DNA of 63,572 nt, the filler included, from Albugo candida (lineage: Eukaryota): assembly GCA_040437565.1 (NCBI GenBank). It is 3 parts of 3 records of this genome, joined end to end, with 100 filler letters (N's around TTAATTAATTAA, not from the genome) between each part and the next. Parts side by side here need not be neighbours in the genome. Positions count along the whole stretch, not along the records: positions 44,408 to 63,572 come from JBDOQK010000104.1; 2 more parts are not named here. One strand, given 5' to 3'. The translations under genes and the position numbers were made by a program. Positions 53,838 to 63,572 of the stretch are shown in pieces (position 1 is the stretch's first letter; each line of letters opens with the position of its first letter). The notes beneath the pieces are model-generated. The model was given only the letters and a program-made list of their open reading frames with translations, ran no database searches and had not been told where the DNA came from.

Positions 53838-55222
53838 ATAAAAATTAGCTGATGCGATCATTTCTAATCTCCGACGGTTCTAATCACACATAAGGTTGAC
53901 ACAGCAACAGGTAAGAACAAACCGATATCGTAAGCATGACTGCGGGGCCATTGGAGTGGCTTTTACAGCACATCATTTTTGCACACGTGCAGACAAACCT
54001 CACTAAACGAAGATTTGTAGTAGCAAGATTATCAGAATATTCATTTTACTTGTAAAACAATCGTCTTTATCGACTTACGATCAAGTGTTGCTATCCATCG
54101 ATTACATAAGAATTCTTTATCTACAGAAAATGAGACTATGTAAGTAGAGAAGCAACAAGATATGTTTTCTTGTTCAGGAATAATACTTTTCAGAGCTTTA
54201 GATTGACTACCGACCATGGCCAGGAATACAAAGGCCGGATGCAAAGACACGTTCAAAAGTCACGACATTTATACTGGTCTGTTCAGTCGATAAGCGTACT
54301 GTGCGAGCGGGGCAACAAAATGCCATTTCAGATTCACGGTACTTGGAAGAAAACACCAATTTCCTGAAAAAAACTATATTTATCTCGTCAACTTTATGAC
54401 CAAAAAAGCGGTGGCTCTCCTTGGTTACGCTCAAAAGCATTTCATGATCCCACTATCATAACACCTTCATTGAACCATCAATCAATTTGAGAGAATGAGA
54501 GTGTCTGCTGAAAGATAAATTATCAGAGATTTAACTGGCGCTGCAGCCTCATATTCTATACGATGAGCTTTATTAGAAGGCTACATCGGCAATACGCAGA
54601 GTGTGGCTAACACTCTAACTTTGTCATGTATTTGACTGAGACAAGTTTCGAAAAATGGAATTTGTCATGGTGCGTGTAATAGTATAAAGGTCTTCACAAC
54701 CTTTGTATTTTGTGCTCAAAAAGAATGTTAAAGCGAGGAAAGAAAATAGAAACGAACTACAGAGTAGTTAAGGGAAATTTCTGAGATAGACTAGAATAGC
54801 GAATATCTACACAATGTGAGATTAATCGTACATGACACTTGCGCGCAATTATCACATTACTTACACTGGGGGAGGTAGCTCGAAAAAGCGAATACAGTGA
54901 TCATGTTTGAGGTTTGAGAAATTATAATTGACTTCAGAAAATGAGGAAATAGGAGTTTGTCTGATAGTCTTAGCAGATGAGGTGATAGTCTACTTCAGCA
55001 CTTGAACATTGCATCCAACAGTGCTGCTCGGTGCGTTGAAAGAGCCGATACTGTACGATGCAGAACATAATCCATACAGTGATGTGGCACGGAAAGCTCA
55101 GCAGTCGCCAATTTTGACGTAGAAGCAACCTAGTAAACAAGCTTCAACTTTTTATGTATAGCTGCACTATAAAGGCACGTATTTATAACACAAACTAACA
55201 TTTGGTGCGTTACGATGAGTAC

Positions 55223-57372
55223 TTATGTTTTTGAACGTTTTTTGTCCCCAATGTCGAGAACACTCCAGGGACGCATATCGTCGCTGATAGCAAGATGCTC
55301 AAAATTTTCTACAAACCACAATTCTGTGCAGGAAGATTTTGATACGCATGGTTTGAGCAGATCAGCAAAAGTAGGTCGCATCCAAACATATCCAAACCGC
55401 TCTCCTTCGGAATCATAGAAAAAAAAAACTTCGGTGTGAAGTATGAGACATCTGACGCATTCTTTGGGAATATTTGCGTTGTATGCGACCATAAAAGCAG
55501 TACGATCTAGAAAGGAAGCCGGGCCAGAGAAAGCAAGATCGTCCGAAGGCCATACTTTATCCGTTTCGGTGTCAAATTTTTTTTTTTTTTTTTTTTTGAC
55601 ATACCTCTCACATTCCTTACCGTACAATTAGCCAAACAGTCCGTATCACGCTGCGAATTTGTATGGAGTCTCAAAATTTCTTCGTGTTTTTTGCAGACCA
55701 TTGCAGGAAAAAGCTGGATCCTACTGCAAAAGCTTTGTTTAACACATTGAAGCAATATAGTGTCTACCATAGTCCACGTATTCTGTTCGATAGGACCCCA
55801 GAATAGACTTGAATATGTTAACTGAATTGATTTCCATCCCTTATGTATTGCATTCAAGTAAGTCTTTACGCACTCGCCACATGGTTTTTGTGAAGCCGTT
55901 TGGTGGGAGACAAGAATACAGGGCTCTCTTTGTCGCTTCGCTTTCGCGAGCGTGGATAGTTCAGGATACAAATTTACGTTGATTTTGTATTTGGTTCGGT
56001 AGTATTCGCAAAAAGAACGAGGATCGTTTGGAGCGGTGATACTCGAGCCAGAATAGGTTTTTTTGCACTGCTTTCCAAAATCTGCAGTTACCAAAGTGGA
56101 TTCGAGGAATATGACTTGTTGTGTGAGAGATGTACTTCTAATGAGTATAACTTTTGTTTTATCATCGACGGATCTGATTAAGCAAGTGATAAATGTGAGA
56201 CGAAATTTTTGATCCGTTTCTATGCGCAGGCAAGATATTTTTGTTTGATCGAGTAATTTTTCTATGGCTTGGATTTCTTCGCGTAACTTGACAAGTTTCG
56301 CGAGATTACTTGGCTTAAATACCGAATCTACTCCGGTATCTGGCTTCGATAAAAGGTGTCGGAAATAGAGATCTGCTTCCGATGAAACAAATCTTTGAAA
56401 TTGATCAGGTGTCGCCATCGCAATTTTGTTTTCTACACGATTTGCTAAGTTGCCCAGATGACGCAGTGTCTTTTTATCCTGAGGAAATATGCGATCCAGA
56501 TTGTTACAAGTTGTAGGAGATAATGAGTTCAGACTAATACAGTACTTCTCTCCGCAGTTATTTTTTATTCTGCTGGAGGCATCAAAGCTTGGAAACGCAA
56601 ACACAAATTCGAAGCCGCGTTTTACTGTTGTGAATGAATATGCGCGGACTCCAAGTGATATGCTATGAAGTGCCAAACATCTTTCGCATTGAAATGTTCT
56701 TGAATAAGAATAGAAGCAACGCTCCACTGGTCGTGAATATTGAAGGGCCGGACGTGGTGCTATTGAATCTTTGGCTGCTAATACCAGTTGATCATGCAAG
56801 ATCGTCGGGTTTTCGATTTGATTCCATTCCAACTGGTCATTTCCAGATTTGGCTTTGTTGTTTCTCCAATGAGACATTGTTTGCATATCATCGAAAAATA
56901 AAAAACAAGGAACCTTCCTGTTTGATTGTAGATTTGAGAGCTCTTTTCCCACATTCTTATTAGGCGACTTGTCCGGTATCGTATCATCCATATGCGTTGA
57001 GAAGATAGAGACGGCAAACTCTTGTACAGGGTTATGCCACAAGATCAGTGAGTATGACGGAAACTTTTCAACCTGAGTTTGCAGCTGACAGAATCTTCCA
57101 ACGTTGTTGCATTGGAAAAGAAATGACTCGGCGATTGAGTTGCGACTTTTGATGAGATAAATGAGCGTATCTTCATTGATGGCAACAAGATGGATTCGTT
57201 CGACGCCAACTTTTTCTATCAAGCAGCTATGGCAAGCTTTGGTATTTCTGGCGGTGACTGCCAGAAGTCTACTGTAGGACGCAAGCGACCTCGTCAGTAA
57301 TACTTCTCTAGCTTCTGTGTGGATAACCATGATCTCAATAACAATCACAAAAAGCGAGCTGCTCCGAACCAT
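55223..57372 (-). CDS. Albugo-type CHxC/CCG secreted effector with multiple CxxC modules
   Basis: Signal peptide MVRSSSLFVIVIEIMVIHTEA; ACHSCLIEKVG (CHxC, CxxCxxxxxG); further modules CERCL, CGECV and CVRCL; the C-terminal part is joined either by a 98-nt intron (55507-55604) or by a homopolymer length change. Confidence 0.85.
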
Positions 57373-60300
57373 TGCTTTCCGTTGCCACAAGCAAGAATCG
57401 TTTTATCCAATCAAAACAGTTCAACCAATGCCAAGAGAATTGCACAAAGCGCTGCAACATCCGTGGAGCCGTGTTCGCTAATTCTCGTTGATAATTTCCC
57501 AGTCAACAGTGACGCGATCTATATTAATTAAGCCTCAAATATCAGACCCAATGGATATTTGCTAAACGGTAAAAAGCATCTTCAATAGCCATCTTTGATT
57601 TACGATAAAGATATCGATAACGCAAGATTCGATTCATCGAATCGAGTATGAATGTGTCTAGCACGTGGAAGTTCAGGTTGAAATTCTGCATGGGACTTGG
57701 TGCACTATAAAATATAACTCGGCCATGACCCGAAATTAAATTTGAGAAGTCTTCAGACGAGCGAATACATCACATTTACCATTACCATCCATTTATCAAT
57801 TTAATGGAACAGCATAAATTCCTAATTATATTCGCTTGGAAAGCTTCCTAGCAGAAAAAGTTTACTTTACTGCACAATACACTTTATGAAACAATCCAGC
57901 GGATGGGTAATATTCACAAACGAGTTGCNNNNNNNNNNNNNNNNNNNNNNNNNNNNNNNNNNNNNNNNNNNNNNNNNNNNNNNNNNNNNNNNNNNNNNNN
58001 NNNNNNNNNNNNNNNNNNNNNNNNNNNNGGAAGTTCAGGTTGAAATTCTGCATGGGACTTGGTGCACTATAAAATATAACTCGGCCATGACCCGAAATTA
58101 AATTTGAGAAGTCTTCAGACGAGCGAATACATCACATTTACCATTACCATCCATTTATCAATTTAATGGAACAGCATAAATTCCTAATTATATTCGCTTG
58201 GAAAGCTTCCTAGCAGAAAAAGTTTACTTTACTGCACAATACACTTTATGAAACAATCCAGCGGATGGGTAATATTCACAAACGAGTTGCTTGTTTGCAA
58301 GGTCTCAAATAGCCATGTGTACTATATGAAATTCCAGTAAACAATAGCAGATACCGGAATCTAACCTTCAGATGAATTCAGAATAGCTTTTTGGTATACT
58401 GTAGTGCTCCAATCGCGCGTATTGAAACTAGAGATCTTTTCTGCAAGCAGGAAATTCGGGTCATAACCGGTTAACCTAGGAAGTGAAGTGCCCTCGACTT
58501 GATCTACAGTGCCACAGTGTCAGCGATATAGCGATGTAAATAAGGTTATGACATGTACAGATCTTTCTTCCATTCGAAAATGGTAATGCAGTATGCGCGT
58601 TGCCTCTGGAACTAAAAAACATTGTGACGACAGGTATATGAAGCTTGGAGACCATGAGCAGAAGATGTGTATGTTAAACATCGCAACAATTCTCAAACCA
58701 TGTCTTGCATACCATTGGGGTATTTTGGTAGGATGACAATGAGTTACGCGCTTATGCGGCACACTTCGTTTGAATTGAGATGTCTCATGAGAGATAGAAA
58801 CGCAAGAAAGCGGTTTAATTATATTCTCGGAAAGTCTCACGCATGCGTGGTTAGCGTAAATTAGCGTTATGAAGACAAACGTAAGAAAAGCTAATGTACG
58901 ATAAACTTTCAAATCCAAAAAATAATTTTGAGGACCTAACAAGCTGATGGATTTAGAGCCAAAACGTTCCTTTGCATGGTCGACGGAGTACTATGGCTGG
59001 ATAATATTATTTCTGAATGATAAATGATTACCAGCAAAAATCGAGTTGTCGAAATCTCCTGCTTAGTGTAGCTTGTATGTGCAACGATGCCAAATTATGC
59101 GACTTTTGCGTATCTTGTAATTTGAAGATCTCAAACTTCAAAAATGCTGAAACTTGAAAAAAAATACAAGTTGAATCTCTGAAGTACGGTGAGGATCATC
59201 TAAAAGAGACCAATTGGTCATACTCAAGTTTTTAATTTTGTCATGGTTATATCATATGACAGTATAGACGCAGTACAACTATTAAAGATGAGAACACGTT
59301 CTTTCTTCTTACCCAGTACTCGAATCAAAATCAGCAGGAGTATCAAAATCTTTCGACATGAAGCCTCAGGTTAAACAATACACAAAATCCCCTCTTCTGT
59401 AAGGTTTAATTTCTCATTTTCCTCACACGGTTCCCTTTAATATGAAATTCTCATAAAAGGCACACCAACTTGATTATCTGTATTCAATATTAATGACTGA
59501 CTTGCATCGTACATATTATATCCACCATTTGGCGCGCGTTTGTGTCTTTCCAATGAGGGAGGACAAATTTAACGCTTGGGTGCATTTAGCACGCTCACAT
59601 GAATGATTTTGTTCGTGTGAGGAATTTCATACAGAGTACACATATCATGAATTTGTTGTATAGACAAATGAAAAGTTCAAGCCTCAGTTCTACCAAGCGC
59701 AACGACTAGGTGCCAACCCAGATCAGTCGATTAGCAAGAGGATATCTTGATGGAGGTTATTGATCGACCCGGCAGTGGGGGCAGCGGTTTGAGCCTAACA
59801 AAGCAAAAAGCTTGGAAAATATCTGCCTCCCTAGGTTGAAGCCAGACTCAAGTGATATTCACACGGTCAGGGGCTCATGGTAGTATAAGGAAGGTAAATA
59901 GAGGACCAGAAACACAGGGGTGATGAAATCCTTGACAACGAGGCGAAACGACAAATCCGGCAAGCCACATATAGTCCGCTGACTTTCACGCGGTCAAACA
60001 CACAAGAAAAGACTAGTGGAACATTTTTTCTCCATACTGTGAGGATGATTTACCGCTATAAATCGCTAGCGTGATAAAGTAAGGCTGTTCTCAAAGCGCT
60101 TGCACGGGACCGGCAATTTTATTTTCGATAGTATAGACACTGAATTTTAGCAATGAGTCAGCTGTAGTTCAATGGACTACGAGATACCGAACGCTTTCTA
60201 TCTAGATGAAATAGCAACTATGTTCCCTAGAGAAGGGATTTAAAATAGAAGATGGTTGTTAAAAGAAAACCTCGAAACCACATTCTGGCTTTTACTGTAT

Positions 60301-63300
60301 GATGTAAATAGGACGAAAAAACATTTAAGATACCGTTCCCCATCGTGTGCTTTTTTCGGATACCGCACAACTCGTCAGGACGCTCTTTTTCACAGTACAA
60401 GGTGACGTTTCGAACATCTGTCAATGCTCTAGTATAGCAAGCGGACGAAAAGATGCATTTTTTGTCCCGGTTCCTCTTTTTTATCAACAATATTTGATAG
60501 GATCTATTCGCCACGCGACTGCTATAATGAAGATACAAATGATTACTACAAATACGATAGATTTTTTTGAAAGACATTCGAAGAAAAGAAAACAAACCAC
60601 CTTCTCAATATTGATCCATCTTTCCTATACAGCGAGACGAGTCAGCAAATTTGTGGGAAATATATTAGCGTGCTGATAGCGACACAATAGAAGCTTCATG
60701 ATGGCAGCCCAAACGTTTTTAGAGCCTAATCGAGCTTACATGTGATCATGCTGATGGCAATCAGCTGCTCCGCTAAGTTACTATCCTTCAAAATAGTGAC
60801 ATTCTAGAAGTCTCTCGTTCCTTCATTCTAAATGTGTAAAGATGGGCGGTCTCTTTGATGTGTAACGCTATGATGGTATTTTATCAGTTCAGAGCTCCAT
60901 CTTCCATAAAAAGCTTCGCTATATTGTCATTTAACTCAGATTTTCTCCTCTCAATGATGAAATTTTATCGAAGGTGCTTCCTAATAGGAAGCACCCTTTT
61001 GACGGCCCAGAGTGAACTTAGACATCAAACATAATATTTAAATATATGCGTTTAGTACTATTTAATTGGAAGCCTACTGATTGAACAGCGTACGAGATGA
61101 CAAGGTCCATTCAACAAATGCTGATTATTCCATGCATTATCAAGAAAAAAAAGGATCGCGTTACTAGCTTCATCAAACCGGATTTCAACTTTTCATATCA
61201 TCATCGTACCATCTCCAACACTTCCCTTATCTCGTTCGTTAGAAGTGTTAAGCGGCATACTTCGTTTACTATCATAAATATTCCACCCTCTAATCTGATA
61301 AATGGTATAGATGATTGTCTGTACCTTCTCTTCTCGTATGTTTCTCCCAAGTTGTAAAGTATAAAATGGCACGCCCGATGTTGATTGTTTTTGATTTCTC
61401 TACCAAAAGATTGTATATTTTGTTTAAGCTGGAAGTAGTGATAGAGGCTGAGGAGTGTACTCTTTGTCTTGTTTGTTGTCTCTTGTTGATTTGCATAAGA
61501 GTTAGATGGATAATTGAAAGCTAAATGTATTGGGTCTTATGCCCTATTTGACTATGTACCCGTATAACAAATCCCTCGTAGGTGATACAAATCATTCCTG
61601 CTATTCCAATGGTCGCGACTTTCTATCGTTAGTCATGTCTTTTCACCTCAATTCACACGCCCTTCCACATTGGCAGTCATGCTCCTCCAATATCTCTTTT
61701 AAAAATCATTACCCTTAAGCTATCACTCGGATTTGTGATCCATTCTGCTTCGCTTTCCAAAAAAAACATTCTGGAGGTATCTACATTCGATCATAGTGGT
61801 AAACATCAGTCGTGGCTGAATGCTAGTGTATACACTACCTACCCACGGTGGATCACATTAAAGTATAAACAGCACCATTCTTACATCATTGGTCAACTGA
61901 TAGCTTCTCGGTTTAGGTACATACAGGTAAAAAAAACTGGCTCCGATTGATTTATGAAATTAAAGGAGTGACCTACGGCAAGGTATTGATCTCGAGTCGT
62001 TCAATCGAAGGATCGAGATCATAAAATGTTCTTGACCTTGTTGCGTTAAGATCACATCCGTTTTTAGTCTTTCCCCTTGTTATCTGGATGCAATGCGAAG
62101 AAATCCTACGTTTTAGCACCCGTCTTAGCTTTTCTGGATGAAGATTACACTTCGAACGGAGATTAAATAATAAATATAAGCGAACATCCTTTGCTGAATA
62201 ATTGGCACGACAAATACTTACTTTGTATTCTAAAAATTATTCTCAGTCAAGACATTCATTTCATCATAGCACTCAGAGTATTCTTTTCCTCTTGAAGAAA
62301 ATTGGGCCAAGGTGGAAAGATGCAATACCGGGCACGCTTTTTTGTCACATCAGCTGCGTGTAGCATCTGCGTTTATAACTTCGCGTTCTTATAGAATCGT
62401 TTTGTGTAAATCGGCACCTTTTATGTAAGCTCTCGTACAAGAAACCGAGTAATAATCATAGAAGCGAATTTCAAATTAAAGCTCTTGCGCTCTTTCTATA
62501 TCTCACACTTATGTAATTAGCTGGGCATAAATGGATCAATTGGATCGTGATCAGAACATTAGAACGTATATTCAATCATGCATTTTCTCATTAGTTTTCG
62601 TAAAACTACCAGTACCAAATGATTCCAAGTATTCGATTAGTCTTAGTAAGAACACAGTAGACGCATTATATCTGATTCATTTCGCTCTCTTCTTTGTAAA
62701 AGCATATCTTTGAGCTGTGACGTTCGAACTACCGCTGAATTTCGTAGAATCACTATTCTAAACCATCGAATCGCAGATACGAAATGCAAGCAATTTTTGT
62801 AAAAGGCAACAAGCGCACGTGGCAGCTTTCTACGCTTCGGTTTTTACGAAATGAAAACGATATACCCTGACTATAGTTTTTGCGTGTTTATCTTAAATCT
62901 AAAAAGGGTTCAGACTCGTTTTCTATTGCGCAGTATGTCATCTGGTCAAGCACAACAGTTCATATGTGGGTGATAGTGAAAATGCTTCACTGTTCCGGCA
63001 TTGAATTCTAGTCAACAGTGCAGACGGTTTTATAACAATTCCCCTTGCCCATGTACGACGAAATCGGCTAGGATAGAAACACATCGATCTCTATTCAGCA
63101 CGTAATTCACATCCACACATTGAGAGAAAGCTTTGTAGCAACCCTCCACAATAAATTATCTTTTACCCCTGTCTATAAGAACGATGTGCTCGCATAATAT
63201 ATTATTACCTACCGTTGCGGTAACATACTCATTTGACATTGAATCATCGGGAATACGAAATGTTACATTCCGTCGGATAGTAATGATTCATCTTGATTGA

Positions 63301-63572
63301 TATTTTTTGCAGTATGCAGCGAAGATAATTGATTCTTAATACCCATGTGACGTTCTCCTACAACCCCGACACAAGTTGCGTGTTGATTATAATGCTGTCA
63401 CTTTTAGGTAAAAATTCTAAGATTTGACAAAGTGATATGCCGCAACGATACGTAAATTTGACTCCAAGGCAGAGATAAAAGGTTACCACAAAAGTGTATC
63501 ACGAGTATCATAAGACAAATAATGTATACTACAAGATCAAAAACCAAGAAGAGAAGGGATTATAAAAAATAT

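Noticed and set aside
57667-58290. ~260-nt direct repeat upstream of the CCG gene
   Set aside because: Exact duplication across gap 57929-58028; assembly artefact.
58300-63572. Assorted 60-140 aa ORFs
   Set aside because: No recognisable domains, and composition is consistent with chance ORFs in AT-rich intergenic or decayed repeat DNA.

Overview
Eukaryotic, AT-rich chromosome-end/subtelomeric region of an oomycete, most likely Albugo (white rust). The inference rests on (CCCTAAA)n telomere repeats, CHxC/CCG effector genes and short introns. The window opens with a head-to-tail array of 5'-truncated L1/Tx1-like non-LTR retrotransposon copies. Their 3' ends terminate in telomeric repeats rather than poly(A), and they are capped by telomeric repeats; this is the most interesting signal. 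Inward lie a CCG-effector pseudogene split by a DD34E Tc1 transposon, a POL5/MYBBP1A pseudogene, an intact EFL1/RIA1 GTPase gene, a secreted catalytically dead pepsin-like protein, a TALE homeobox gene and a large CHxC effector. Decayed Copia, chromodomain-Gypsy, LINE, MULE and MITE elements are interspersed. The assembly is a draft: it has 100-N gaps, gap-flanking duplications and two artificial TTAATTAATTAA linkers, so long-range adjacency is uncertain. All family calls are by motif recognition, without database searches.
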